Shown: one piece after another, positions 41,080 to 55,765 of the stretch
How the letters are laid out: each line of letters starts with the position of its first letter
How positions within the stretch are numbered: position 1 is the first letter of the stretch
Notes under the pieces: model-generated
The model's input: only the letters and a program-made list of their open reading frames with translations
Told to the model about the DNA's origin: nothing
The model's database searches: none
Origin: Octopus vulgaris
Taxonomy: Eukaryota
DNA length: 64,000 nt
Direction of reading: 5' to 3'
Assembly: GCA_951406725.2 (NCBI GenBank)
Contig: OX597822.1
Span: 2,976,001-3,040,000 of the forward strand
Program-made: the position numbers and the translations under genes

Positions 41080-42186
41080 GTATGTGTGTATGTATGTTTA
41101 TGAATACGTACGCACATGTACATGTATATGTAGATGCTTATGTACACGTTGACAAGAGGAAGAGAAAAAGGGTATCATCCAAATTTCAATGAAGAAACTT
41201 CCTGGTGTAATCCGTTAATGAGTTTAACACACATAATTATCATCAGCTGCCATAGTTATTGTGGCTTCGGAATACGATGTAAAAGACACAACTACTTTAT
41301 AGTTAAGCAGCCATATTCTAAACATTTTCATCTATTTAATAAACTGTTATGACCTATATATGTGTATTTATACATAGATCATACACTCTTTATCATCATT
41401 TATCGATTACATAAAAACATTAAAGGTATTTTACTCTAGACAATTACAATATTAAACATTTCAATTTTCTTATTTCATATTGGTTATTAATGATAACAGT
41501 AATCTTATGTAACCAATCATAATTATAATTACAAAAAGTATAATTACTATATTCAAACATTATAGTTATTAGTAGACATAAAATTTCCAAATTTAAATGT
41601 TCAAAGGGCATATAAAATCGTGTTTATCTAGGAAATTATATGCATTCTTGATTGTGTAGCATGGATAGATATGCCGGAAGGCAAGCATAAATGAATCAAC
41701 GAGAGTAAAGTAAATTTGATTTATTTCGCTCTATTTTTAAACCATGGCTGATATATTTACTGTTTGAATTGTATATTGTGAGTCACTGGATGTCCGTTGC
41801 GTTCTCAAGAACTGAATTATTTTCTGGAAATTACGTTCTTTGCCATTCATGACCTAACATGAATGCCAGGCTACAGCCAAATGTAGGTACAGATCTCTTT
41901 CCCTTCAGCTGTCTCAGCCATAATATTCTTGTAGATTAATGATTGGAGGACCGAGAGGATGTCAATAGATGATTACGACTACATAAGTACCACAACGAAC
42001 TAGCGAAAGCCTAGGACACGCATCTAAGTCAAGCACCCGTGGGAGAGGCTGCTATGCATGCAATTGTCTTTCACACATTATGCAGCAGACATTTTATCTA
42101 TAACATTGCACAATTTGAAAAGGGATTTCCTAAAGCAAGGGAGTTAAACACTGCTCGACAAATTTTGAATATTACGTAATAACTGG

Positions 42187-42625
42187 AGGCGGTGAGCTGG
42201 CGGAATAGTTAGCACGCCGGGCAACATTTACATTGTGAGTTCAAATTCCGTTGATGTCAGTTTTGCTTTTCATCATTTAGGGGTCGATACCATAAGTACG
42301 CAACTGGTACTTAATTTATCGACCCCGAAAGGATGAAAGGCAAAGTCGACCTCGGCGGAATTTGAACTTAGAACTTAAAGACAGACGAAATACCTATTTC
42401 TTTACTACCCACAAGGGGCTAAACACAGAGGGGACAAACAAGGACAGACAAAAGGATTAATTCGATTATATCGACCCCCAGTGCGTAACTGGTACTTAAT
42501 TTATCGACCCTGAAAGGATGAAAGGCAAAGTCGACCTCGGTGGAATTTGAACTCAGAACGTAACGACAGACGAAATACGGCTACGCATTTCGCCCGGCAT
42601 ACTAACGTTTCTGCCAGCTCGCCGT
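42187..42625 (-). mobile_element. SINE family B cluster (one + remnant, two tandem - units)
   Basis: 42187-42298(+) remnant abuts 42299-42625(-) tandem units. Confidence 0.8.
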
Positions 42626-43767
42626 CTATATTATGTAGCCACTGACGGGAAGCTTTCCAAATTTGGCACTAGGGCATCATCCATTCACTTAAAGGTTCAC
42701 AAATTAGAGGTTGCTGGTTCACAGGAACACAGAGGAAACTGCAGTTTTCCAGCGTCGGCTTTTACCTTCTTTTATTTTCAGCAGTTTTAATATCAAACAT
42801 GAATGAACGGAAAGTGGACCTTAAATTATCACTCAATTACAATCGTTCTTGTGAATCATTTCCATGTTCTCACAGTTTCTATATCTCCATAGGACTTTTT
42901 TTTCTGATGATGTAGTAAGCATCTGTTCTTTTGGTCTTTTTTTTTTTCAAGAATTTTGATTTTGAAAAGAATTTCAGAATTTCAAAACAATGTCACTGGT
43001 TTACTAATATTTTGATAATGTTTACCGCAATAATTAGTCGCAAGCATTTGTTGAAGTAGAAAAGATACATTATCATCATTAGTGACCACGCCTACTTGTT
43101 TATTGTAATTTTTAATAGATTAGTCACATTTTTTGTTAAGAAAAGTTTGGTCGATGAAAAGTCTATTTTTAGTGATTTTGAAGTAATCCATTTGGCATAC
43201 TATGCAGAGTAGCCAAGAATTCGGTGAAATTCCTCATTATTTTAATCTATATGAAATCTCAAACTTGCCATGATTAAAGGTGGAGTTGCTAGTTCTTCGG
43301 AAATAATGGAATTCTTTAATCCATTACGCAAACGTCTTACAAAATGCGACAAAGTATGCTGGGATTCAGTTCGTATTGTTTGACGATCTCCCCCCATTTT
43401 GTCTTTGAATTGGTAACATGATTGAATTGATTAAACTGTTCCAAATTAATTAACCTTTAATCAATTCGAAAGATACATATATCGCTTGCTTCTTATCTGT
43501 CCCTTTAAATGATGGCGACGGAAACGCAACTGTCGTCTTGTCACGTGGCTTTCATCATAACACGCAATACTGCGCGTGTAATGGATATGATATGTTAAAT
43601 CATTCATCGTTGCCCACCTTCGGACATATACACATCCATACACATATGCATATTCACACACACACACATGCACACACATACACACACATATATATATATA
43701 TATATATACATATACATACATACATACATAAATATATATACATATACATGTAAATATACTTATATAT

Positions 43768-43816
<49 letters not shown>

Positions 43817-44291
43817 CAGAGAGAGAACAGAGAGACAGAATTCATACGTACATACATTAATACATATGTATGCATATGTGAATATCGCTTTCAAAGCCTC
43901 TTTTTTCTGACAATACATCGAAGAGGCCAGGGAACAGAGGAAAGAAGAAGAAAGAAGACGTGCACCCAACACCAGAGCTGAAGACACCTCCAAAAAAAGG
44001 GGAGGGGGCTTATAGGATGCTGCTATACACCGCTGGTCACAATGCGCTTCTTGTAGCTTTGCTGTCACTCCAACTGGGTACGCGGCTGACCAACATTCCT
44101 CACTGAACGTCACATCAGTCCGTCACATGGTTATTTGTAAAAGCTGAGTGAACTGGAGCAACGCACCGCCCGTCTGGCTATCGAAACCACGGACTTGTGA
44201 TCGTGAGGGCCACGTCCTAGCCACTAGTCGCGTGCCTTCTCACTCACATCCACCCACATATAGGCAAACACACATGCACGCAAATCCATAT

Positions 44292-44342
<51 letters not shown>

Positions 44343-44503
44343 CATTTATATAATGTAAATAACGGACAGAGTTAAGATTATTGAAAAGGTTGCAAGACGC
44401 AACGAAAATTTTAGAAAATAAAAATAAGAAATAAGTGGACATTTTACCGGTGTGTTAAATAATAAGGCACTAAAAGAGAATGACTCCCGCCAGACACAAC
44501 AGA

Positions 44504-44554
<51 letters not shown>

Positions 44555-44562
44555 AATGTGTG

Positions 44563-44598
<36 letters not shown>

Positions 44599-45385
44599 GG
44601 GCAGGGAGTGGCTGTTAATGTGTATGTGTTTCAGTGACGAGGCTAATCAAGGAATCAACACGTGGTAGCTATTACTTCTTCATACGTTTGCATATTGCAT
44701 ATGTGTGTACGATTGTTTGTTTATCTGTGTGTGTGTGTGTGTGTGCGTGCTGAATTACGTGCGTGTGCCGATGCTTTACTGTGTGTACCATAGATATAAC
44801 TGGCATCCCGTTGCGGACCTCTCAATTCTCTCTACATGCCTAATTTGAATACATTCATTCACGCTGTTTGTCGTCTTGTGTTCTCAGAGTTAACTATCGC
44901 CGTTGTGAATGACACATAACCAATAATATGATTCCATTTATGTATTACAGTGTTATAACACATGTGGCAATGTGGATGATCTTAGTACGAACAGTAAGAT
45001 TACATCCGTTTGTAATGTATCTAAAGACAGCATTTTCTTTGTCTAATTAGGACCAAAATATATATTTCTATGAACATTTGAAGTCAGCTCCGTAAGATGT
45101 CTTCTGAGTGTTTGTGAGTATTTCTCCTGCTGTTAACGTGCGTGGCTTTGTGTGTAGAGCATTCGGCTTGCGATCTTAATATTGTGAACTCAATTCCTGG
45201 TCAGGGTGGTGTTTTGCTTTCTTGAGTGATGCATTTCATTTCACGTGGTATCTCTTGTTTACCCAGCTGACTACTGGTTCAACTCTCTCTCTCTCTCTCT
45301 GGAATACTCGTTCGTGAGTGACAACTGGTGTTGCACCTTTAACGATAGTGAGAAAGCTCTTTGACAAAGTAAAAATTATTTCATT

Positions 45386-45460
<75 letters not shown>

Positions 45461-45586
45461 GTTGTATACTGTCAACCTAACGTGACAGTATACAACCACT
45501 CTATCGCTCCACCACCGCACATATCTCTATGAGATATTTAGAAATTTAATATTTCTGATATATATACATATATTTATATATCTTTA

Positions 45587-46006
45587 CTAGCACTATGACC
45601 CGGCAACGCCGGGTCATAGTGCTAGTACATGCATATGCAGCTGCGTGCGTGTGCAGATGCAGCTGCGTGCGTGTGCATATGCAGCTGCGTGCGTGTGCAC
45701 ATACACGCGAGTACTGTCCAAATCTCCGACCAATCGCATACAGCTAGCTGGCATCCAATTGGCGTATCAAGTTTCGGGCATTTTGATTGGATTTTGGATA
45801 GAAAATTCACAAAAAAGTCACTTCTATTGATTTTTTAATGGCTTTGCGGGGTGACTGGGGAAATTTAAAGATGTGCACGACCACCCTTGGACGGTTTTGA
45901 ATGGCCATAGTAAGTACGAGCCCTCTACCTGAAAAATTGTGGATTCGTATAAAGGATATACACACACACAGACAGACATTTTGCCGTTTATATATATATA
46001 GAGAGA
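45587..46006 (-). mobile_element. Non-autonomous Helitron-like element
   Basis: Minus-strand 5' TC(TC)TATATATATATAAAC...tgtctgtctgtgtg; 3' GC-rich hairpin + CTAG. Internal 22-bp tandem repeat (3 copies, ~45631-45700). Confidence 0.75.
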
Positions 46007-47154
46007 TATACATCCCAAAATAGAATGTGATAACGTCATGAAGAATCGATACATGGTTATTTTCTCAAGACAGAGTTTAAGTAATGATTACGATTGTAAT
46101 TGAGAATAATCACACGAAATGTAAAATTCAAGAGCGGTTTTACAAGTTTACTTTTCTTGCTTTTTTTCCCTCAAGGCTAATCAAAATGGAGATTAATAAA
46201 TAAAGCGATGATTCTCTTTTAGGACGGTGAAACTCGAATGAGATAAAGCTATAAATAATAGCGTCTAAATATTTGGTTAAAAAAGTAAAAGGCTTCCCAG
46301 TAGAAATAAGGCAATGCTATTTTCACATTAGCTTCTTTCTTTGCACTCTTTATTGAAATCAAGCAGTGAAATGTCGCTATTTTCGGACAACAAAAATATC
46401 GTGATTATTATAGGATATTCATTCGGGATTGAACAGGATATGGATAAAAAAAATAATAATTCAAGCTTAAGTATTCAACCATAAAAACCATATTTCTTCG
46501 ATATTTTGACAAAATCAAAATAAAGAACGGTTTGTTTAAATTAAATACGAACTTACGTTGAAGCTGGACTTTCTCAGTAATCCGTGAATATTTGGATTTA
46601 TTTCTTACACCATATAAACGAGGTAGTTTTCTGTGTAGAATTTACAGAAGGCAATGAATGAAGTACGGAAGGATCTGTGAATTTGGTATTTAGTTATTCA
46701 TTCAGTTACTGATTTGGGTTGCAAAGTTTGTTTGGCTCTTTGCCTTTTATTCTGAAACAAAATCAACTTTGATGTATACGAAAACTGTCTGAGAGACATA
46801 AGCTGGTAATATGATAGCAGATATCGTTCATTAATTGATTAACTTCCGGTTCGTAATAGATCCAGTTTCCGGTTGCTATATTTTCTAAACAAAAACTACA
46901 TTCACTTTTGCTCGTCAGGTTAATAGAAAACTGACCATTTTTCATTAGTATTATTATTAGTCGGAAGAAACTACTTACTGTATTCCTTCCGACTTTTTAC
47001 TTTCTGATTTCAAAACCCTTCAAGTTTAGCTAAGCCTTTCGTCTCTTCAGGGTCGATAAGATTGACTAACAGTCAAGTACAAGAGTCGATGGTATCGACT
47101 AGCTCCCTTCCTCTATCCTCCTCCTCCTCCTCATCATCATCATCATCATCATCA

Positions 47155-47185
<31 letters not shown>

Positions 47186-47298
47186 CTTCTTCTTCTTCTT
47201 CTTCTTCTTCTTCTTCTTCTTCTTCTTCTTCTTCTTCTTCACCATCATCATTATCATTATCATCATCATCATAAGTAATACTGTTGTTGTTATTTTTA

Positions 47299-47520
47299 AG
47301 GCGGTGGTCTAGCAGGATCATTAGCACGCCGGGCGAAATGCTTAGCGGCTTTTCGTCCGTCATGACGTTCTGAGTTCAAATTCCGCCGATGTCGAATTTG
47401 TCTTTCATCCTTTCGGGTTCGATAAAATAAATACCAGTTGAGCACTGGCATCGATCTAATCGATTTACTTCCTCTACCCAAAATTTCAGGCCTTGTACCT
47501 ATAGTAGAACGGATTATTGT
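47299..47520 (+). mobile_element. SINE family B copy
   Basis: Head and central domain as at 17786; further remnants at 46960-47110 and 47605-47750. Confidence 0.8.
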
Positions 47521-48119
47521 TATTGAGTGAGAGATCAATGTGTGCCATCAAAATTATTATTATTATTATCATCATCATTATCATCATTATTATTATTATT
47601 ATTAAAGCGGTGAGCTGGCTGATTCGTTAGAGTGTCGGACCAAATGCTTAGCGGCATTTCTTCCGGGTCTTTACGTTCAGAGTTCAAAAGCTGCCGAAGT
47701 CATAGCTTTTCATTCTTTCAGGGACGATAAGACAATGTGCCAAAAATTATAAAGAATCATCATCATCATCATCATCATTACGTTTTCAACAGTTCTACTG
47801 CAACGCAAGGTGGAGCTCCACTATTCTTGTAATTTATGCAACACTGCTTTTAGGAATTATAGGTGTTCATATAGTAAATTTATTTCGCATACTTGTTGGA
47901 TTTGATTATTTCCGGTGTGCAAAATATGTATTATGGACGTCTGTTGATGATTGTTGCGGTTTGTTTTGCATGTGCTACAGTACGGCCATGGCATAAATTA
48001 GGAATCGTCTAACCCATCATTTCTATAGAGCCCTCTATATGGAAGAATTTTTTAAAGAAACTAAAATATATTTGAATATATAAATATATGTACTTGTGTG
48101 TGTACATATACATATATAT

Positions 48120-48174
<55 letters not shown>

Positions 48175-48314
48175 TGTGTGTATATACAAGAGTAAGTACA
48201 TAAATGCAAAACAAGGTGAAAAAATAGTACTCGAATACCGAACGTAGAGTAATATCGTTTTTCTTATTTAAGCCACAAAAACATCACAGACAGCTTTTGC
48301 TGTTTTAATAAGTG

Positions 48315-48352
<38 letters not shown>

Positions 48353-48454
48353 ATATATTTATAATAAGAGTAGATCGTATACGAGTGGGTATATATTTGT
48401 AAAAAAGAAGTTTGAAAACGCCACTATATTAGATAAATTTTAATTTTCTTATGA

Positions 48455-48500
48455 ATTTTACATGTTTCGGTTCTTGAAAAAACGAACCTTATCAAAAATA
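48455..48500 (-). ncRNA. Degenerate hammerhead motif in a (TA)n-embedded insert
   Basis: Minus strand attt TTGATAA GGTTC gttttttcaa GAACC GAAAC AT GTA aaat: perfect 5-bp stem II, palindromic stem III, two core substitutions. Confidence 0.5.
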
Positions 48501-48691
48501 TTATAAAAAGTGCAATAGAAAAGTTCATACTTGTTTCTTACTGGTCTCAATAGAATCTATGTGGTGGTGTTTTGTCGGTAGTTGGTATAATCGCTATATT
48601 ATAGTTGCGTGTAGTAAAGCAGTTCATTATTCTTTCTTGCTGGTATCAAAAGGAACCGTCCTTGTGTTCCAATGGAATGGTGGCAGCAGTA

Positions 48692-48826
<135 letters not shown>

Positions 48827-51039
48827 CATATATATGTTTGTGTGTGTATACGTATATATGCATATATATATTGGTACGTATATGTGTATATGTATATAAT
48901 TGCAAACAAGCATTAAAATAACGCTGAATCAACATAAATTAGCTACATTTTTAGCTTAATGGTTTGAAAAATGCATCTTTAGAACTCAGGCATTAAAAGT
49001 TAGTGACTTGGGTGAGTCTGCTTCTGATTCCGGAGAGTTTTGCTATTTGGAATTTTGTACTTTACATGTAACCGTAAGTCAGTTTCTATATTTAATTTAT
49101 TTTCTAAATTTGTTTTCCGTTATTGAATGAAGTGAACATTTTCTTTCACATATGTAGCTGGGAATCGCATTAGCACTTTTAAAAGATTTCTCTGCTTATA
49201 GTAAGCTACTCCATTAATAATATTTTATCAGTTTCCACTTGTAATTTTGATTTTAAAGTAAAAATCTGTTGAAATGTCTCCTTTTCCATTCCTTTTCTTC
49301 CTGCGAAATATTACTTTAGTTTAATGAATATACAAATGGGTTTTCAGCATAAAGTCGGTTTTCAATTTCGGCAGGAAATTACTATGTTATTGATTCATAC
49401 GTAGCTGACAAATGTTACCAAATTGAATCTTTTGTTCTTGACTTAAGGCAGTTTTAGTTCATAGCGAAAATGGAAACTGCTGGGGATTTCGAAACTTTTG
49501 ACACACACCACTCTTATCTACATAGTCACCCCAGGGTGTTAGACTACATCCAATCCTTTGAACCAGTGAGTATGCTTTAGCGGGTGCGATTTCGTTTGAC
49601 TATACCTCTGGAAGATGCTAAAGCGAGCAACCGCTTGGTTTTAAGCGCATGACCTTTTTGTCTTCCAGGTGCGTAATTAAACGGAATCCTACCCGCCAGT
49701 TATTAAGGGCACTCATTTTATTTTGAACTTTTAAGCATCCCCTATCACTTACCAGCTCTTATTTAGCTCGCCCAGCAAACGTCCTGCAAAGACCAAGCGT
49801 CTTTTTCTTATAATGGTGGAGACGGGCAGATCTCTATACCGCTATTTCTTGGTGGGATGAATTCTCCAAGATGTGTTTAATATAACGTATAGACAACCCA
49901 AAAACTACTAAAATAGCATCATTTGTTTTTCAGTTGTTATTCGAAGAGATAATGTAGAATTTCTTTCAATACATTTATCTGCTCACCTTTGCCAAAATTT
50001 CACATCACAAATACATTTTGATAACGTGTCATTAGAAGGTAGCATGTTATCAATAATTTTAGCATATTTTTCTATTGTTCTGTTCTGTTATATTCACGAA
50101 GAGGTGTCATTAGTAAGGCCTATAAACACACTCAGCGCTAGTAGTTTGTCTAGCTTTACGCATCTTTTTCTTTCCCTCAAAATAGTTACTTCTTTATGTC
50201 TCAAAAAATATCTTTTCACAATTCCTATATTTAGTCTTTTCAGCGGGTATATATTTTTCTTTTAAATACTATTTTTAAAAAGCTATATACATTGCCATAA
50301 AGCTGTATACTTATATCTACATTACCAGCGAGTGTATAAATAAGGAAAATACACTTACAAATGCTTTGGAAATCGTTTCATTTGAGGATTTTAATAAATT
50401 TTGATACTTTTGACAAAATCAATATTGCAAGGTTTTAAATAGGAAACTGAGAAAAAGGTCCAAAAATTGTTTAATATTTTATGTATTTTGTGATAAGAAC
50501 CTTATGTTTTCGACTATGTATAAAATTCTTGGCCTTTCAACCAAATTTTGCACTTTCGCATTGTGATAAGTTAGAATTGCATATAAGAATATGTGTGTGT
50601 GTGTGTGTGCGTGTGTGGGCGCGTCTCCGTGTCAGCTACATCAATCCTGGATCCCACAGTAATATCACAATAGTGGATTTGATGTCGCTTATGTAACTAA
50701 AATATGATGAAGTGATATGAAATGAATTTCAAATAGAAAAACAGCTTCTAAGATCCCTTTGCGATGCGTTAATGGACAAATGGAGCTGTCATTTATTCTC
50801 AGTCTTCATAAATGGTATGTTGATGACGATATCTCTGCCAGGCGTTGAGATACTTTGTGGTGTGTGATTATATCACATATCTTTTCTTGATATTTCACAA
50901 TACTGTCAGAAATATAATCAAAGGCGCATAAGGCGTATACCTGTAGCTGTAGTCTCCGCTGGATGACCAGAGACAATGTGGATAATTGAATTTTTCCAAT
51001 CTCTACATATTCCGTCGTAGTTTAATATTTCCAACTATA

Positions 51040-51204
51040 GGCGCAGGAGTGGCTGTGTGGTAAGTAGCTTGCTAACCAACCACATGGTTCCGGGTTCAGT
51101 CCCACTGCGTGGCATCTTGGGCAAGTGTCTTCTGCTATAGCCCCGAGCCGACCAATGCCTTGTGAGTGGATTTGGTAGACGGAAACTGAAAGAAGCCTGT
51201 CGTA

Positions 51205-51265
<61 letters not shown>

Positions 51266-51480
51266 ATGTCTGTGTTTTGTCCCCCTAGCATTGCTTGACA
51301 ACCGATGCGGGTGTGTTTACGTCCCCGTCACCTAGCGGTTCGGCAAAAGAGACCGATAGAATAAGCACTGGGCTTACAAAGAATAAGTCCCGGGGTCGAT
51401 TTGCTCGACTAAAGGCGGTGCTCCAGCATGGCCGCAGTCAAATGACTGAAACAAGTAAAAGAATAAAAGAAAAGAAAGAA
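51040..51480 (+). mobile_element. Full-length SINE family A (tRNA head, CORE-like block, internal microsatellite, A-rich tail)
   Basis: A-box tggctgtgtggtaag, B-box-like ggttcagtccc, ttgggcaagtgtcttc CORE-like motif, internal (TA)n(TG)n, tail aagtaaaagaataaaaga. Confidence 0.9.
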
Positions 51481-51759
51481 TATTACATATTTTAGTGGTT
51501 TCTGGTGAAAGGAATTAAAGCTGAGATCCTGTTTTGCATTCAAGAATTCTTCAGTCTCAATACTAAATAGGATGCTGTTGTTTATCATTGTTTCGGTCCG
51601 CCATGGAAAGATCTTTTTTTTTTTGCCATCGCTTTAACATTAAGCTCTTTAGCACAATTTTCGCTTAGTTTTCACTTTTTCATTGCTTTTGTTGTGATAT
51701 CTACTTTTTTTTGTCATTATTCTCCATCACTTCCTTCTATGTTTTATATTCATTGGTTT

Positions 51760-52450
51760 TCTTGAAGCGAGAAAACAGTTTCTTTTCTATTTTGTTATGT
51801 TCCTGTTTGCAACTATTTGGTTTAGGTCTCCCCACTGTCCTTTTACTCCTAGATATTTTGTACCACTGCAACGGATACTATATAATTGCTCCTTTTTTAA
51901 AAAGTTCTGTAGGGTGCCTAGATCTTTGTATTCGCGCTAAATATAAACTTACTCAATCAGAGTTTGACTGATGTATTCTGAATGCTGTCAGTTTTTCTTT
52001 GTTGTTTTTCTAATTCGTTTGACACCAAGTTCAGAATGTTACACCTATAATTTATTGCCCCTTTTCATATACTTCTATGTTAAGAGTTAATGTCAATAAA
52101 TACTCACGTCTGGTATTTTCTTTCATTTGTACGCGTTTTTTTTTGTCTAGTTCATAAATTCCCAAATATTTGTAAGCTTTTTTTTTTATCTAATTACCAT
52201 ATCACCATTTCACCAAACATGACAGGTTTTAACAAGCTTCTCCCTAGGCAAACTTAGTTTACTTTGCGCGTTTTATCAATCGGATTTTTCTTTTCTATCA
52301 GTTCCTTCAGTAAATCCGAGTGCGGTCCGTAGCAGGGTTTCTAGTTGTTTATCTTTTGTAGCGGATAACTTGAATGTGTATGACTGTGGATATGGATATC
52401 CATTCACCAGGTGATGTGCTGCTGCCTCTCTACATTTACTGGGCTTCCCA
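51760..52450 (-). mobile_element. Decayed reverse-transcriptase fragment of an R4-like LINE
   Basis: Minus strand gives KLSATKDKQLETLLRTA, YKYLGIYELDK and MKENTRREYL, typical of the RT C-terminal region; frameshifted. Confidence 0.55.
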
Positions 52451-52964
52451 TTCTAAGGAAACATCCATGTTCTGTTCTAAGCTTCATCCTGGAACTCAGC
52501 ACCAAAATTGTTCCAGTTTAAGACCTGCATGAAATTTGCGTTTGCATAAATATATATCCCAAAGAGTACTCATTCACGGTACTCCTTTGTGAATACAGAG
52601 GGGTTCAGTGATCAAATGGTAAGCACTGGGCATAGAACAAAAACAACAACAAAAGAAAACTAATATGGTACTGGAACCGTATGAAGAAGGATCGAAGCTC
52701 AACATAAGAATATTATTACGTTATATTTTTACCTTTTACTTGTTTTACTCATTCTCCTGCGGTTGCGCTGGGGTGCCACCTTGAAGAGTATAGCCAAACT
52801 AATCGCCTTCTCTTTTATTGATTCATCGAATTACGGAGACGCAAACAATCTAATACCGGTTGTGAAATTATGATAGTCGAGGTTGATAAATACAAGCATA
52901 AAACTGCACACATACTCACACACACTCGCACACAAACACTCACACACACTCACACACACACACT

Positions 52965-52995
<31 letters not shown>

Positions 52996-53287
52996 ACATA
53001 CACACAACTGTATATATTGAAAGAGAAAATACCTGGGCGGGAATTTGGGATTCTCTTATTACATCTATTACATATGTTTCAGTGTTCGATAATTACATGA
53101 TGTCACCCAAAATGAAGTCCATAGATGCACTTTGTAAGTGCATGCACATGCATGCACAGACACACACACATACACACAAACACTTATACACACAAAAATA
53201 CATACATACATATATATATATATATGTGTGTGTGTGTGTATGTGTATGTGTGTGTGTGTGTGTAGATAGATAGGTAGATAGACAGAC

Positions 53288-53394
<107 letters not shown>

Positions 53395-53728
53395 CGATGG
53401 CCCTCCACACAGCTTACGTATAAGTCTACCAAATACAATCATGGCATTTAGTCGGCGCTGGAGTTACTGATTGTAATGGCCGAAGACACTTGCCCAAGAT
53501 GCTGTGGGACTGAACCCGAAATAACGTGGTAGCTGCAAAGAAAGCTTCTTAACCACGTGACCCTGTAAACTAAAACTCTGTGTCAACAGATTCGTACAAC
53601 AAAACATTTGTTTTCAGGAACATTTATTTTCGCATTTTTTTTACTGTCTTTTTGGCTCCATGTTGTTTGTTGCTCATTTAAAAAAAAAAACCCAAAAAAC
53701 CCACAGTTGTTTTGTTTATTTTCTGTTA

Positions 53729-53915
53729 CCGTAATTGTCACGGAGTCTCTACGGAATGCAACAGCTATGCCTATTGTGTCTAATTAGTCACCTTATATAT
53801 ATATATATATGTTTAATTTTATTTTATTTCATTTCTGTATTTGTTTTTCTCTTGCCATAATTGTCACGGAGTCTCAACGGAATGCAACAACTTATTGTTT
53901 CTAATTAGTCGCTTC
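53729..53915. repeat. Local tandem duplication (~127-bp period)
   Basis: taattgtcacggagtctc(t/a)acggaatgcaaca...ctaattagtc occurs at ~53732 and ~53858. Confidence 0.8.
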
Positions 53916-54228
53916 GTATATTTCATTTTTATTTTACTTTTTTCTCAAATTTTTATGTTTTTTTTTTGTTTTAATTGTAATAAATATCAATGAGGTTTAG
54001 TATAATTATTGAGGGAAAGAGTTCGAGAGAGAAAAGAAGCGAAACAAAGGAAGGAAATAAAGTAAAGTAAAGAAAAAGGTAAAGGAACAAATACAAAAAC
54101 AAGCGGAGAAGCACTGAAGAGTCATTAACATAGCGAGCAACATGAAATTTAGTCTCAGCCCTGCCAGCGACAATGCAACCGATGTTTGTGCGTGCGTTCG
54201 AGCGTGCGTTCGTGCGTGTGTGTGTGTT

Positions 54229-54270
<42 letters not shown>

Positions 54271-54351
54271 CACATAGTCATGCATATATAATTTTTCTGA
54301 ACTGTTGTGTCATACCTCGACAGGAAAGTCCATTTCACACAAGCACACATT

Positions 54352-54382
<31 letters not shown>

Positions 54383-55265
54383 GCATGCATATACGTATGT
54401 ACACACACACGCGCACACACACGTATATGTATCCATACAAGCGGTAATATAATATACACACTGGGACGTGTGTGTTATCATACTGTGTTACGTAACGTTT
54501 TAATTTACCCGGTAATTATAATTTAATTAAATATTCAACACCTTAATTATTTATTTGATGGATATTTACAAAAACAGAAATAATTATATAATTAAACAAA
54601 TACTCGCTAATGCTCTTTGTCTTCCACCCCCCGTCTCTCTCTCTCTCTCTCTCTCTCTCTTCAACTCTTTCTCCCTCTGAAAGAAAGCTCTCTCTGCAAT
54701 ATCAGAATCGTCGTCTCCTTATGCCACACAGAATTGCAATCAAATTCAACATAAAATCGTTATTTTCACACTGTGAACAGTGAGATCTGAAATGGTAACG
54801 GTAGATTCGAACACACATATGCTAATCGCTGTTGTGTACATCACAGGCAAAAAACAGTTTCCCTTTTTTACGACGACAATGTATTCATAATATATGTCGA
54901 AACACCCGTGTCCTAGAATCCCTTACATCAATGAGTCGAGTATGTTATGAGCATATTATCGTCAGAGAAAGAAGCTGTTCTCCTGTGACATCCACAACAA
55001 CGATTTGCATATTTGCGTTCGAATGTACCAGAATGTATTAAAAACAAATGTGCAAGTTATCGTGATCAAATTTAACTCAAATTTGTGAATTTCGTTATCG
55101 GATTCTGGGTAACTATGCAACGCTATTTTCTGCGAACTTTTTAAAATTCTATTTTCTAGGTAAATCTTGGAATTTTGGTTGCATTTACATATTCGTCTCT
55201 TTTCTCATTCTCAACACAAATATTTCACAACGAGGAGCGTCTTTCATTTTATTTTCAATTATTAT

Positions 55266-55765
55266 ATAGCCCCAGTATCGCCCGGCGTTGGTTGTTTGTA
55301 TAAAAAACTGAACGGACAACAAGCACAGAGTAAGCGACTGCCGAAGTAACAAACAAAACGATTACATAATTTGTGTATACTGTGTATATACACGTAGTTT
55401 GTAAGAGAAATAACTATATAAGCATTTTAGAGAGTTATAGCCAAAAAATAGCAAAAAAATGCATTAAACATGGAAAGAAAATGATGGTAAATTTTTTTTA
55501 AATCGTTGACTCATAGTAGACATTTTTAGAGAGTTACTTCCCTTATATAATAGCGAAAAAATGCATTAAAATGGGAAAAAATGATGGTAATCTTTTTTTA
55601 AAATCGTAGACTCATCGTAGACGCGCGCTAATACCCAGAAGGGCTCGATATGAATCACGACTATAACATACCCGGTTTTGGTTAACTGCACCGCAAAATG
55701 TGGGAGTAGTTAGGAATCTAAATCGTAGGAGACAGACACACAACTTGACTTTTATATATAAAGAT
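55266..55765 (-). mobile_element. Non-autonomous Helitron-like element carrying a 108-bp insertion
   Basis: Minus-strand 5' TCTTTATATATAAAAG at 55764; 3' end gtatcgcccggcgttg half-hairpin at ~55275-55290. Confidence 0.7.

Noticed and set aside
51040-51110. tRNA-like sequences at SINE heads
   Set aside because: No complete cloverleaf or acceptor stem; they continue into SINE bodies, so not tRNA genes.
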